A stretch of DNA of 64,000 nt from an uncultured Actinomycetes bacterium (GTDB lineage Bacteria; Actinomycetota; UBA4738; HRBIN12): the NCBI GenBank assembly GCA_963704725.1, contig OY969934.1, forward strand, positions 2,752,001 to 2,816,000, in the 5' to 3' direction. Under the pieces are notes generated by a model. That model ran no database searches. It saw only the letters and a program-made list of their open reading frames with translations, and was not told the origin of the DNA. The position numbers and the translations under genes were made by a program. Shown here in pieces: positions 19,866 to 30,303 of the stretch. Each line of letters begins with the position of its first letter. Positions within the stretch are counted from its first letter, which is position 1.

Positions 19866-21011
19866 CTACACCGCCTCCGTATGCGCGAGGTCCGCCGCGC
19901 GCTGCGCCGCCTCGAGCATCGTCGGCGCCGAGACGATCCGGGGGTGATCGGCCGCCGCCAGGATGGCCCGCCCCTCGTCCGCGTTCGTGCCGTCCAGGCG
20001 GACGACGATCGGCACCCGGGGGGTGGCGCGGGACAGCGCCTCGAGCACGCCCTTGGCCACGAGGTCGCAGCGGGTGATCCCGCCGAAGATGTTGATGAGG
20101 ACGCTCTTCACGCTGGGATCCGACAGGATCACCTCGAGCGAGGTGGCGATGAGGTCGGCCCGCGCGCCGCCCCCGACGTCGAGGAAGTTGGCGGCCCGGG
20201 CGCCGGCCCGCTGCACCACGTCGAGCGTCGACATCACGAGGCCGGCGCCGTTGCCGATGATGCCGACCTCTCCCTCCAGCTTCACGTACTGCAACCCCGC
20301 GTCCCGCGCCCGGCGCTCGACCGGGTCGATGGGGAACGTGTCCCGCATGGCGGCGATCTCGGTCTGGCGGTAGAGCGCGTTGTCGTCGACGGTGACCTTG
20401 GCGTCGAGCGCCATGATCGTGCCGTCGGTGAGCCGCACGAAGGGGTTGACCTCGACGAGCGTGGCGTCGACGTCGGCCAGGACGTTGTACATCTTGCGGA
20501 GCAGGTCGGCCGAGCCCTCGCGGGAGGACGGCGGCAGGTGGCCGACCAGCCGGCGGGCCTGGTACGGCCGGAGGCCGATCACGGGGTCCACGTGCAGGCG
20601 TCGGATCGCGTCGGGGTTCTCCCTGGCCACGGTCTCGATCTCCACACCCCCGTCGTTGGAGACGATCGCGAGGTACGTGCCGGCGCTGCGATCGAGGGAC
20701 ATCGCGGCGTAGTACTGCGCCTCGATGTCGACCAGCCGCTCGACGAGGACGCGCACGACCCTCATCCCCTTGAAACCCTCGTCGAACATCCGCCGGGCCG
20801 CCTCCGCAGCCTCGTGGGGGGAGTGCACGAGGACCACGCCGCCACCCTTGCCGCGGCCGCCCGCCTGGACCTGCACCTTGACCGCGGCGTGGCCGCCGAG
20901 CCGCTCGGTGGCCTCCGCGGCGTGCTGCGGCGTCGTCGCGACCTCGCGCTCGGCCAGGGGGACCCCGTGCCGAGCGAAGAGGTCCTTGCCCTGGTGCTCG
21001 AACAGATCCAC
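19866..21011 (-). CDS. sucC: Succinyl-CoA ligase beta subunit
   Basis: DLFEHQGK, GGRGKGGGV, GNGAGLVMST, ANFLDVGGGA, NIFGGITRCD. Confidence 0.97.
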   Translation of the reverse strand: MDLFEHQGKDLFARHGVPLAEREVATTPQHAAEATERLGGHAAVKVQVQAGGRGKGGGVVLVHSPHEAAEAARRMFDEGFKGMRVVRVLVERLVDIEAQYYAAMSLDRSAGTYLAIVSNDGGVEIETVARENPDAIRRLHVDPVIGLRPYQARRLVGHLPPSSREGSADLLRKMYNVLADVDATLVEVNPFVRLTDGTIMALDAKVTVDDNALYRQTEIAAMRDTFPIDPVERRARDAGLQYVKLEGEVGIIGNGAGLVMSTLDVVQRAGARAANFLDVGGGARADLIATSLEVILSDPSVKSVLINIFGGITRCDLVAKGVLEALSRATPRVPIVVRLDGTNADEGRAILAAADHPRIVSAPTMLEAAQRAADLAHTEAV

Positions 21012-21418
21012 TAGCTGGCCTGCTTCTCCGCGAGTCGATCGTTCAGCCAGCCGACGATCTCGCCGGTCGAGGCCCCCGGCGTGAAGATGCGCTCGACCCC
21101 CGCCTCGGCGAGCTTGGGGATGTCGTCGCGGGGGATGATGCCCCCCCCGAACACGAGCACGTCCCCCGCCCCGCGATCGCGAAGGAGCGCCACCACCCGG
21201 GGGAACAGCGTCATGTGCGCCCCCGAGTGGCACGACAGGCCGACCGCGTCCGCATCCTCTTGGATCGCCGCCTCCGCGATCTGCTCGGGCGTCTGGTGCA
21301 GACCCGTGTAGATCACCTCGAAGCCGGCATCCCGAAGGGCGCGGGCCACGACCTTCGCCCCGCGGTCGTGACCGTCGAGGCCCGGCTTGGCGACGATGAT
21401 GCGGCGCTTCGCGGACAT
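21011..21418 (-). CDS. Cobalamin-binding subunit of methylmalonyl-CoA mutase family
   Basis: [24 protein letters not shown]. Confidence 0.93.
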   Translation of the reverse strand: MSAKRRIIVAKPGLDGHDRGAKVVARALRDAGFEVIYTGLHQTPEQIAEAAIQEDADAVGLSCHSGAHMTLFPRVVALLRDRGAGDVLVFGGGIIPRDDIPKLAEAGVERIFTPGASTGEIVGWLNDRLAEKQAS

Positions 21419-21493
21419 GCGCGCCAAGTCTAGCGACGGCCCGACCGACCGGGAGGACCGGAGATCGGCCGGGCCGTTCCTATACTCGACCCG

Positions 21494-21655
21494 ATGCCGA
21501 AGCGGATCCGGTTCCGTCCGCCGGGCCTGAAGCCGACCACCAAGGTCGGCACGCTCGGACCGTACCGCGGCCGCCTCGGCCTGGGCTGGGTGATCGCGCC
21601 CCTGGTGGCCGGCGTCCTCATCGTGGTCGCCGGGATCCTGGTGCTCCTGCGGTGA
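21494..21655 (+). CDS. Small single-TM protein (53 aa), not in ORF track
   Basis: [53 protein letters not shown]; TATACT 7 nt before ATG; GTGA overlap with next gene. Confidence 0.7.
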   Translation: MPKRIRFRPPGLKPTTKVGTLGPYRGRLGLGWVIAPLVAGVLIVVAGILVLLR

Positions 21656-23115
21656 CCCTGGAGGCCTACTGCTGGCCGCTCTCCGTCGGGCCGGGCGAGC
21701 CGGCGGGGCTCCACGTCTCGACCGACGCCGGGGTCGTCGACGTGGAGGTCGCCCGCGAGGGCGCCGAACGGAGGGCGGCCTGGCGGGCGAGCGGCGTCCC
21801 CGCCGGCCTCCACGACACGCCTCCCGACGCCTCGGCCCGGGGTTGCGGCTGGCCCGCCGCGACCCGGATCCCCGTCGGTGACGGGTGGCGCTCCGGGTAC
21901 TACGCCGTCACGGTCACGGCCGGCGACGAGCGAGCCGACGCGTTCCTCGTCGTCCGGCCGCCGCCCGGCGAGCGCGCGCCGATCCTGCTCGTGCTGTCCA
22001 CGACGACGTACCACGCGTACAACGACTGGGGCGGCCCGTCCCTGTACACGGGGGGCACCCGCGTCTCGTTCGAGCGCCCCATGGCCGGGGGGTTCCTCGT
22101 CAAGCCCGAGCCGGCCGGCCGCATGATGCAATCCGCGCCCGATCGCGAGGCGATGGGCTACCGCCGCTGGGCCCGGCCGCTCGGCCTGTCGGATTGGAGC
22201 GGATCGTCCGGGTGGTGGAACTGGGAGCGACCCTTCACCCGGTGGGCCGAATCCAACGGCTACACGCTCGACGTCGCCGTGAGCTGGGACCTGGAACGCC
22301 ATCCGGAGATCGTCGACGGCCATCGCCTCTTCGTGTGCGTCGGCCACGACGAGTACTGGTCGTGGGGGATGCGCGACGCGCTCGACGCGTTCGTGGGGGA
22401 CGGGGGCAACGCCGCCATCTTGAGCGGCAACACGTGCTGCTGGCAGGTTCGGTTCGAGGACGAGCACCGGGCCATGACGAGCTACAAGTACCTGGCCGGG
22501 CACGACCCCGTGCTCGGCACCCCCGACGAGCACACACTCACCGGCTCGTGGTCCGATCGACGGGTCGGTCGCCCCGAGACGTCGACGTTCGGACTGACGT
22601 TCACCCGGGGCGGCTACTCGCGCTACGGGCTCGGCGCGCCGGAGAGCGCGGCCGCCTACGTGGTCCACCGCCCCGAGCACTGGGCCTTCGCCGGGACCGG
22701 GCTGGAGCCGGGCCAAGAGTTCGGGCGCGCCGACGCCATCGTGGCGTACGAGTGCGACGGCTGCGCCCTCCGCACGGACCCGCACGGGTTCCCCGTCCCG
22801 ACGCACGCCGACGGCGCGCCGGTGGGCCTCGAGATCCTGGCCACGGCGCCGGCGCACCTGTGGGCGCAGCACGAGCAGCCGTCGCGCTACGTCGCGGACC
22901 CGGGTGACCTCGAGACCGCGGCGGAGGCCGTGTTCGGCGACACCGATCCCGAGCACCTCGCCGAGCTCTCGGACGGCCGGGCCGTCTTCGCGGTCTTCTC
23001 CAGGCCCGGCGGCGGCACCGTGGTGAACGCCGGCGTCACCGACTGGGCGCTCGGACTCGCCGACCCCGTCGTGGACCGGATCACGCGCAACGTTCTCGAC
23101 CGCCTGTCGACGTGA
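21652..23115 (+). CDS. N,N-dimethylformamidase beta-subunit family protein
   Basis: [42 protein letters not shown]. Confidence 0.82.
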   Translation: MTLEAYCWPLSVGPGEPAGLHVSTDAGVVDVEVAREGAERRAAWRASGVPAGLHDTPPDASARGCGWPAATRIPVGDGWRSGYYAVTVTAGDERADAFLVVRPPPGERAPILLVLSTTTYHAYNDWGGPSLYTGGTRVSFERPMAGGFLVKPEPAGRMMQSAPDREAMGYRRWARPLGLSDWSGSSGWWNWERPFTRWAESNGYTLDVAVSWDLERHPEIVDGHRLFVCVGHDEYWSWGMRDALDAFVGDGGNAAILSGNTCCWQVRFEDEHRAMTSYKYLAGHDPVLGTPDEHTLTGSWSDRRVGRPETSTFGLTFTRGGYSRYGLGAPESAAAYVVHRPEHWAFAGTGLEPGQEFGRADAIVAYECDGCALRTDPHGFPVPTHADGAPVGLEILATAPAHLWAQHEQPSRYVADPGDLETAAEAVFGDTDPEHLAELSDGRAVFAVFSRPGGGTVVNAGVTDWALGLADPVVDRITRNVLDRLST

Positions 23116-23168
23116 GTCCCGTCGGCCTCCTGCGTACGATCGCTCATCGCCCGGAGGGAGGCACCGTC

Positions 23169-23648
23169 ATGCGCTGGGAGGAGTTCGAGGTCGCCTGCCC
23201 GGAGATCGGCTCGGTGGCGAGGGAGCGGCTCACGAAGGACCAGCTCGTGCTGGTGGGGACCATCCGGCGCGATGGCTCGCCCAGGATCAGTCCCAACGAG
23301 TGCGACTTCGCGCAGGGCCGGCTGTTCGTGAGCATGATGTGGCGGTCGAAGAAGGCGCTCGACCTGCTCCGTGACCCCCGCGTCGCGGTTCACAGCATGA
23401 CGTGCGACACGTCGGGCACCGAGGGGGACGTGAAGCTGTACGGCCACATCGTCGACGAGCAGGACCCCGCCCTGCGTGCGGCGTTCCGCGAGGCGATCCG
23501 CGCACGGACCGACTGGGCACCCGACGAGCCCGAGTACCACTGCTTCTCGGTGGACGTCGCGTCCGCGGGCTACACGAAGTTCGGTCCGGGCGGCGGCGCG
23601 CTGGCTTGGGACCCCGTGCGCGGCCTGCGCCGCATCGAGCTCCACTGA
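23169..23648 (+). CDS. Pyridoxamine 5'-phosphate oxidase-like (split-barrel flavin/F420) protein
   Basis: GTIRRDGSPRISP, KALDLLRDPRVAVH; GGAGG SD. Confidence 0.82.
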   Translation: MRWEEFEVACPEIGSVARERLTKDQLVLVGTIRRDGSPRISPNECDFAQGRLFVSMMWRSKKALDLLRDPRVAVHSMTCDTSGTEGDVKLYGHIVDEQDPALRAAFREAIRARTDWAPDEPEYHCFSVDVASAGYTKFGPGGGALAWDPVRGLRRIELH

Positions 23649-23798
23649 GGCGCGCCGGCCGCGAGGGGCGAACGTAGATCCCCCACCCATCGTGGGGTAG
23701 AGGCCCTACGGTGGATCGGGCATCCTCTCCCGGCTCCCGCCCGTCATCCTTCCGGTGAGGCAGGCGGGGGGCTGCCTCGCAGGGGGAGGGATGCGGGG

Positions 23799-24848
23799 GT
23801 GGCGAAGCCTGAGCCCCGGCATACGCGGGTCGTGCTCGTGGGTGCCGGACGACGGGCCAGGGACACGATCCTGCCCGCCATACACGCCTGTGCGCCGCAC
23901 GTCGAGGTGACGGCCGTGTGTGCGCGCTCGGTGCGGGAGATCGAGCTCCTGGGCGGGCGAGTCCGAACGACCACCTCGCTCCTGCCCGAGACCGACGTGT
24001 CGAACACCGACGCCGTCGTCGTCTCGGTGGGGGCCGAAAGCGTCGAGGCCGTCCTCGGCGAGCTCGCCGCGCGGGAAGAGGCAGGAACGCTCACCCTCAT
24101 GCTCGACACGCCGGTGCTGGAGCCCGCCCACCTGCGTGCCGCCGCGACGTTCCCAAGGTTCCGGGCGGTGCTCGCTTCGGAGGACACCTACTGCCTGCCG
24201 CTCTACGTGCTGGTGCGGCGCCTCGTGGACGAGGGGAGGATCGGGCGCTTGCGCCGGGTCTACCTGTTCCACAGTGGCTACCGGCATCACGCCCTCGCCG
24301 GGTTGAAGAGACTCACCGGGGTGCGACCCCGGCGTGTCTCGGTCGACCGGGCCAACCGGTGGTGCGCGGACGTCCACGTGACCTTCCCCGGCGGGGTGCG
24401 CGCTCAGATCGTCGAGCCCCGCCGCTACGAGATCGGGCGCGCCATGATCGTCGGGGAGACGGGGTTCGTCGCCGATTACCCGGTCGAGCACCCCCGAGCC
24501 GTCCGGGTCGGCTACCGAACCGTGAAGGGCCGGTTCCGCGGCCTCACCGTGGACGACGAGCCCGTCCCATCTCCCCTGGACGAGGCCTACTCGTCGGCCC
24601 TCGACGGCGTGCCGCTCGAGGACGACTCCCTCATGAACCAGATGAAGATCCGGGGCGCCATGGACCTCCTGCGGGGGCTGGGGGATCCCGGCTCACCCGA
24701 CCGCTACCCCGCCGTCGAGGCGATCGAGGACAACCTGGCGATGCACTTCGCGGAGCGGCTGCGGGTCGCCCCGGCGCGCGGGTCGATGCTCCGGTCCGCC
24801 GGCCGGCTCGCCGCCCCGTTCGTGCGCGGCGGGGGCGAGCCGGCGTGA
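23799..24848 (+). CDS. Divergent Gfo/Idh/MocA-like oxidoreductase
   Basis: N-terminal Rossmann VVLVGAGRRA; LVDEGRIGRL; canonical EKP replaced by DTP. Confidence 0.55.
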   Translation: MAKPEPRHTRVVLVGAGRRARDTILPAIHACAPHVEVTAVCARSVREIELLGGRVRTTTSLLPETDVSNTDAVVVSVGAESVEAVLGELAAREEAGTLTLMLDTPVLEPAHLRAAATFPRFRAVLASEDTYCLPLYVLVRRLVDEGRIGRLRRVYLFHSGYRHHALAGLKRLTGVRPRRVSVDRANRWCADVHVTFPGGVRAQIVEPRRYEIGRAMIVGETGFVADYPVEHPRAVRVGYRTVKGRFRGLTVDDEPVPSPLDEAYSSALDGVPLEDDSLMNQMKIRGAMDLLRGLGDPGSPDRYPAVEAIEDNLAMHFAERLRVAPARGSMLRSAGRLAAPFVRGGGEPA

Positions 24849-26437
24849 CGGCCGAGGCCGTTCCGGCCCGGTCCCTCGAGACCACGGCCGCCGGCACCGT
24901 GCCCTCCGGGTTCGTCGACGCCCGGACGCTCGAGGACGGGCTCGAGATCGCCGCGGACGTGTGCGTGGTCGGTTCGGGCGCGGCCGGGACCACCCTCGCG
25001 CTCCGCCTCCGGGAGCGGGGGCGCGCCGTGCTGCTCCTGGAATCGGGCGGGTTCCGGCCGGATCCGGTGACGTCGTCGATGACCGACGTCGACGCGCCGA
25101 TGCTGCCGATCGGTCCGGAGTCCCGGCAGCGGTTCCTCGGCGGCACGACGAACACCTGGTGGGGCGGGGCGGCGATGCTCGAGGACATCGACTTCGCTCC
25201 GCGATCGTGGGTCGGCGCGACCGGCTGGCCGATCGACCGAGCCGAGCTGCTCCCCCACTACGCGGAGGGCTGCCGGATCCTGGGCGTTCCGGACCTCACC
25301 ACCACGCCGCTCGAGCGGTTCGAGGGCGGCCGGGGATTCCTCGTGCGCACCCCCGAGCTCGACACCGTGACGCTGTACTGGCCGCGTCACCCTCGCCGGT
25401 TCCGGCAGCTGTTGATGCCGGCCGTGCGCGCGGGACGGGGCATCGAGTCGCTCCTGTTCGCGAACGTGACGCGGGTCGTGGCGACCCCTTCGGGAACGGC
25501 CGTCGACCATCTGGAGGTCGGGACGATCAACGGCCGCCGGCTCCGCGTCCGCCCGAGGGCCGTCGTGCTCGCGTGCGGGGGGATCGAGAACGCCAGGCTC
25601 CTCCTCGCCTCCCGGCTCCCCGGCCCTGCGAGCCGGGACGCCGTGGGCCGGTACTACATGGACCACGCGAAGGGCGTCGTCGGCGAGATCCGGATCGACC
25701 CCGGCGTCCGCCGCCTGATCCACCCGGCGTACTGGGACGCACGGCCCGGGCGCTTCCGGCTCGGCATCCGGCTGTCGGACGAGCGCCAGCGGCGGGAGGA
25801 GCTGCTCGACTCGTACGTGCGCTTCCACCCGGTGCTCGAGGGTGCCGGGACCGGGGCCGCGGCCCTCCGCGAGCTCCGCCGTCACCGTCTCGGGGCGCTG
25901 CGGAACCCCCGGGTCCTCGGCGGCCTCGTCGGCGGGCTCCCCGAGATCGTCGCGCTGGGCGTGTTCAAGACCCTGAACGTGGGACGGGTCCGCGCCGTCG
26001 AGATCCACACGTTCATGGAGCTGGAGCCGAGGCCCGAGAACCGGGTGGTCCTGTCGGATCGGACGGACCCGTTCGGCATGCCGCTGGCCCGGGTGCACTG
26101 GACGGTCGGGGACCTCGACCGGCGCACGGTCCGGCGCCTCCACTCGGCCCTGGACGAGGACTTGCGGCGGCGGGGCTTCGGGTCGGTGTCGAGCCCCTTG
26201 CTCCCGGCGGAGGACGGGCCCTGGCCCATCGCCCGCGACGCCTCGCATCACACCGGCACCACGCGGATGGGCGCAGACCCCACGACGTCGGTGGTCGACC
26301 GGGACTGCCGCGTCCACGGCATCGAGAACCTGTACGTCGCCGGGAGCTCGGTGTTCCCCACCAGCGGCTACGCGAACCCGACGCTCACGATCGTCGCCCT
26401 GGCGCTGCGCCTGGGCGACCACCTCCGCACAGGCTGA
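24845..26437 (+). CDS. GMC family oxidoreductase
   Basis: VVGSGAAG, LGGTTNTWWG, ACGGIENARLLL, HHTGTTRMG, NPTLTIVALA. Confidence 0.9.
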   Translation: MTAEAVPARSLETTAAGTVPSGFVDARTLEDGLEIAADVCVVGSGAAGTTLALRLRERGRAVLLLESGGFRPDPVTSSMTDVDAPMLPIGPESRQRFLGGTTNTWWGGAAMLEDIDFAPRSWVGATGWPIDRAELLPHYAEGCRILGVPDLTTTPLERFEGGRGFLVRTPELDTVTLYWPRHPRRFRQLLMPAVRAGRGIESLLFANVTRVVATPSGTAVDHLEVGTINGRRLRVRPRAVVLACGGIENARLLLASRLPGPASRDAVGRYYMDHAKGVVGEIRIDPGVRRLIHPAYWDARPGRFRLGIRLSDERQRREELLDSYVRFHPVLEGAGTGAAALRELRRHRLGALRNPRVLGGLVGGLPEIVALGVFKTLNVGRVRAVEIHTFMELEPRPENRVVLSDRTDPFGMPLARVHWTVGDLDRRTVRRLHSALDEDLRRRGFGSVSSPLLPAEDGPWPIARDASHHTGTTRMGADPTTSVVDRDCRVHGIENLYVAGSSVFPTSGYANPTLTIVALALRLGDHLRTG

Positions 26438-26594
26438 CCGGTCGGGCGGTCCTGGGAGCGGCACGCCGGATGCCGTACGAAGGGTACGCCGGACGGGTCA
26501 TCCCCGGGTGGCGGACCTCGGGCATCCTTGGCCCTCGGCGCCCGCGCGGGCCGCCGGGCACGTCGCGACGACCTCAGCAGGGAGCGGATTTCAC

Positions 26595-28007
26595 ATGGCC
26601 AAAACCGACTTCGATGTCGGCATCATCGGCGGCGGACCCGCCGGCGGCAGCATGGCGGCATACCTCGCCAAGGCGGGCGTCGACTGCGTGGTGTTCGAGA
26701 GCGAGCTCTTCCCGCGCCAGCACGTGGGCGAGTCCCTCGTCCCCTCCTCCACCCGCATCTTCAAGGACCTCGATTTCATCCCGGTGATGGAGCAGTACAA
26801 GTTCCCGCACAAGTACGGCGCGGTCTGGACCGCGGCGGCGGAGAACGCCAACGCGTACCAGCACGACTGGGAGGGCCTCGTCGCCGACTCCGTCGCCGAC
26901 CTGCGCTTCGAGGAGCGGAGCCAGGAGGGCGTCGACCAGATCTACACCTACCACGTGGACCGGGGGTTGTTCGACAACCTCCTCCTGCAGCACGCGCACG
27001 GGTACGGCGCGCAGGTCTACGAGGGCGTGGCCGTCAAGGGCGCCGACTTCAGCGACCCCGAGGTCGTCCGCGTCAAGTACGGGCTCGGACGGCGTGACGC
27101 CGAGACCACGGTCCGCATGCTGGTCGATGCGAGCGGCCGTCGGACGGTCATGGGCAACCAGATGAAGTGGCGGATCAAGGACGAGGTCTTCGACCAGTAC
27201 GCGATCCACACGTGGTTCGAGGGGTACGACCGCCTGACGGTCGCGCCCCGGGACACCTTGCGCGACTACATCTACGTCCACTTCCTGCCCATCACGAACA
27301 GCTGGATCTGGCAGATCCCGATCACCGATTCGGTCACCAGCATCGGCGTCGTCACGCAGAAGAAGCACTTCCGGGGCAGCAAGGAGTCGCGCGAGCAGTT
27401 CTTCTGGGACTGCATCGGCTCGCGTCCCGAGCTGTACGAGGCGCTGAAGGCCTCGACCCAGCTCCGGGGCCTGAAGGAGGAGGGCGACTACAGCTACGCG
27501 ATGAAGCAGCTCGCGGGCGACCGCCTCGTCCTGATCGGCGACGCAGGACGCTTCGTCGACCCGATCTTCTCGACCGGCGTGAGCATCGCCATGAACTGCG
27601 CTCGGTTCGCCCACAAGGACGTTCTCAAGGCGTTCGACACCGGTGACTTCTCCCGCGCGGCCTTCGAGACGTACGAGCAGGTGCTGCGGCTGGGGACCCG
27701 GAACTGGTACCGCTTCATCTCGGTCTACTATCGGCTGAACGTGCTCTTCACGGCGTTCGTCCGGGACCCCAGGTACCGCCTCGACGTCTTGAAGCTCCTG
27801 CAGGGCGACGTCTACGACGAGGCCGAGCCGCCCGTGCTGTCGAAGATGCGGGCCACCGTTCGCGCCGTCGAGAGCAACCCGGACCACATCTGGCACAACC
27901 TCCTGGGCGATCTGACCGCGAACGCGTTCGTGGACGCTGCTGAGGGAGCTCGTGACAACTTCGAGGGCGGCTCGATCCAGGACACCCTCGAGGGCGCGGT
28001 GGCCTGA
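26595..28007 (+). CDS. Flavin-dependent halogenase-like protein
   Basis: GGGPAG, HVGES, Lys in FPHKYGA, WIWQIP (WxWxIP), GDAGRFVDPIFSTG. Confidence 0.82.
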   Translation: MAKTDFDVGIIGGGPAGGSMAAYLAKAGVDCVVFESELFPRQHVGESLVPSSTRIFKDLDFIPVMEQYKFPHKYGAVWTAAAENANAYQHDWEGLVADSVADLRFEERSQEGVDQIYTYHVDRGLFDNLLLQHAHGYGAQVYEGVAVKGADFSDPEVVRVKYGLGRRDAETTVRMLVDASGRRTVMGNQMKWRIKDEVFDQYAIHTWFEGYDRLTVAPRDTLRDYIYVHFLPITNSWIWQIPITDSVTSIGVVTQKKHFRGSKESREQFFWDCIGSRPELYEALKASTQLRGLKEEGDYSYAMKQLAGDRLVLIGDAGRFVDPIFSTGVSIAMNCARFAHKDVLKAFDTGDFSRAAFETYEQVLRLGTRNWYRFISVYYRLNVLFTAFVRDPRYRLDVLKLLQGDVYDEAEPPVLSKMRATVRAVESNPDHIWHNLLGDLTANAFVDAAEGARDNFEGGSIQDTLEGAVA

Positions 28008-28058
28008 GCCTCGGGATGCATCGGACGCCCGGCCGGGCCGCGCGCCGGAGGTCCCTCA

Positions 28059-30233
28059 TCAGACGCGGGTCAGCGGCGCGTACGCGAGGAGCAGGCGCTT
28101 CTCGCCCACGTCCGCGAATCGCACGGTGGCCTCGGCGTCGGAGCCCGAGCCGCTCACCGTGAGGACCACGCCCTCGCCCCACCGCTCGTGCAGCACGGTG
28201 TCCCCAGCGGACACGGCGACCGGCTCGCGACGGCCCTCGACCGCGGCTCGGATCGGCGAGGGCTCCCCGGCCCCGATCACGGACTCGTCCTCCTCGATCG
28301 CCCGGACAAGCTCGGCGGGGATCTCACCCAGGAACCTCGAGGGAGGGTTGTACGACGTCGTCCCGAACAGCGTCCGGCTCCACGCGTGGGTCACGTACAG
28401 CCGTTCCCTGGCGCGCGTCACGCCGACGTACATCAGCCGGCGCTCCTCCTCGAGCTGCGACGGGTCGCCCATCGAGCGGTAGTGGGGGAAGACGCCGTCC
28501 TCCAGCCCGATGATGAACACGACGGGGAACTCGAGGCCCTTCGCGTTGTGCAACGTCATGAGCGTGACGCTCCCGGCCTCCTCGTCGTACTCGTCCTGCT
28601 CGCCCACGAGCGACACCTGCTCGAGGAAGTCGGACAGGGAGCCCGCCGGATCACGCTCCTCGAACTCGCCCGCGACGCCACCGAGCTCCCGGAGGTTCTC
28701 GATCCGGCCTTCGGCCTCCACCGTCCGCTCCGCCTCGAGCTCGAGCATGTAGCCGGACTCGGTGGCGGCGGCCTCGATCATCCGCCTCGGCCCCGCGCCC
28801 GAATCGAACGCCGCCCGAAGCAGATCCATCACCTGGACGAACCCCTCGACCGCCCCCTTCGCCCGCGAGCCGAGCGTCGGGATCTCGTCCGCGCGCCGGG
28901 TGGCCTCGAGGAACGGGATCTCCTCGAGCGCCGCCAGACCCTCCAGGGCAGCCACTGTGGCGTCCCCGATGCCGCGCTTCGGCGTGTTGATCACGCGCCG
29001 CGCGCTGACGACGTCCTGCGGGTTCACCAGAAGCCGGAGGTACGCCAGGACGTCCTTCACCTCCCTCCGCTGGTAGAAGCGGACGCCGCCGATGACGCGG
29101 TACGGCGTTCCCGAGCGGACGAAGACGTCCTCCAACACGCGACTCTGCGCGTTGGTCCGGTAGAAGATCGCGACGTCGGAATACCGGTAGCTCTCCTCCT
29201 CGGTCAGGCGGTGGACCTCCTCGGCGACGAACAGGGCCTCCTCGTGCTCGTTGTCCGCGCGGTAGCGGATGGCCAGCTCGCCGCCGTCGGTCTCGGTCCA
29301 CAGGCTCTTGGGCTTGCGCTGGACGTTGTGCTCGATCAGCGCGTTCGCCACGGCCAGGATGCTCGACGTGGAGCGGTAGTTCTGCTCCATCAGGAAGACC
29401 TCGGCGTCCGGATAGTCGCGCTCGAAGTCGAGGAGGTTCTGGATCGTCGCGCCCCGCCATGAGTACACGCCCTGGTCGGCGTCGCCCACGACGCAGACGT
29501 TGCGGTACTTCGCCGCCAGGAGGTTGACGAGCAGATACTGGGCCCGGTTCGTGTCCTGGTACTCGTCCACCAGGATGTACCGGAAGCGCTCCTGATAGTG
29601 CTCGAGCACGTCGGGGTGCTCGCGGAACAGCCGCACCGTCTCCGAGATCAGGTCGTCGAAGTCCAGCGCCCCGGCCGCCCGCTTGCGCTCCTCGTACGCC
29701 TGGTAGACCTTCGCGATCGTCTCCTCGTAGAAGTTGCTCGCCGCACCGACGAACTCGTCGGCCGACAGCACGTGGTCCTTCGCCCTGCCGATCGCGGCGG
29801 CCATGGCCCGCGGCGGGTACCGCTTCACGTCCAGGTTCAGGTCGCGCAGGACCCCCGAGATCAGCCGCTCGGTGTCGCCTTCGTCGTAGATCGTGAAGCT
29901 CCGGGGCAGGCCGAGATGCTCGTGCTCGCGGCGCAGGATCCTGGCGCAGGACGAGTGGAACGTGAGGATCCACATGCCCTGGGCGATCCGGCCGCCGAGC
30001 AGGTCCTCCACGCGCTCGGCCATCTCGCGCGCGGCCTTGTTGGTGAACGTGATGGCCAGGATCGCGTACGGGCTCGCCCCGCGCTCGCGGATGAGATGGG
30101 CGATCCGGTGCGTGAGGGCGCGGGTCTTGCCCGACCCGGCCCCGGCGACGATCAGCACCGGGCCCTCGGTGTGCAGGACGGCCTCGGCCTGGATGGGGTT
30201 GAGGTGTTCGAGCAGGGGCGATCCGGCCGGCAT
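28059..30233 (-). CDS. pcrA: ATP-dependent DNA helicase PcrA/UvrD
   Basis: AGAGSGKT, TFTNKAA, DEYQDTN, QNYRST, TLHNAKGLEF, EEERRLMYVGVTRA, C-terminal Tudor-like domain. Confidence 0.96.
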   Translation of the reverse strand: MPAGSPLLEHLNPIQAEAVLHTEGPVLIVAGAGSGKTRALTHRIAHLIRERGASPYAILAITFTNKAAREMAERVEDLLGGRIAQGMWILTFHSSCARILRREHEHLGLPRSFTIYDEGDTERLISGVLRDLNLDVKRYPPRAMAAAIGRAKDHVLSADEFVGAASNFYEETIAKVYQAYEERKRAAGALDFDDLISETVRLFREHPDVLEHYQERFRYILVDEYQDTNRAQYLLVNLLAAKYRNVCVVGDADQGVYSWRGATIQNLLDFERDYPDAEVFLMEQNYRSTSSILAVANALIEHNVQRKPKSLWTETDGGELAIRYRADNEHEEALFVAEEVHRLTEEESYRYSDVAIFYRTNAQSRVLEDVFVRSGTPYRVIGGVRFYQRREVKDVLAYLRLLVNPQDVVSARRVINTPKRGIGDATVAALEGLAALEEIPFLEATRRADEIPTLGSRAKGAVEGFVQVMDLLRAAFDSGAGPRRMIEAAATESGYMLELEAERTVEAEGRIENLRELGGVAGEFEERDPAGSLSDFLEQVSLVGEQDEYDEEAGSVTLMTLHNAKGLEFPVVFIIGLEDGVFPHYRSMGDPSQLEEERRLMYVGVTRARERLYVTHAWSRTLFGTTSYNPPSRFLGEIPAELVRAIEEDESVIGAGEPSPIRAAVEGRREPVAVSAGDTVLHERWGEGVVLTVSGSGSDAEATVRFADVGEKRLLLAYAPLTRV

Positions 30234-30303
30234 CCGGCCCATCATCCTACGGCCGGCCCCCGACCCCACCGACCGCCGCGCCGAACCTGCGACACTTTGA
30301 CCC

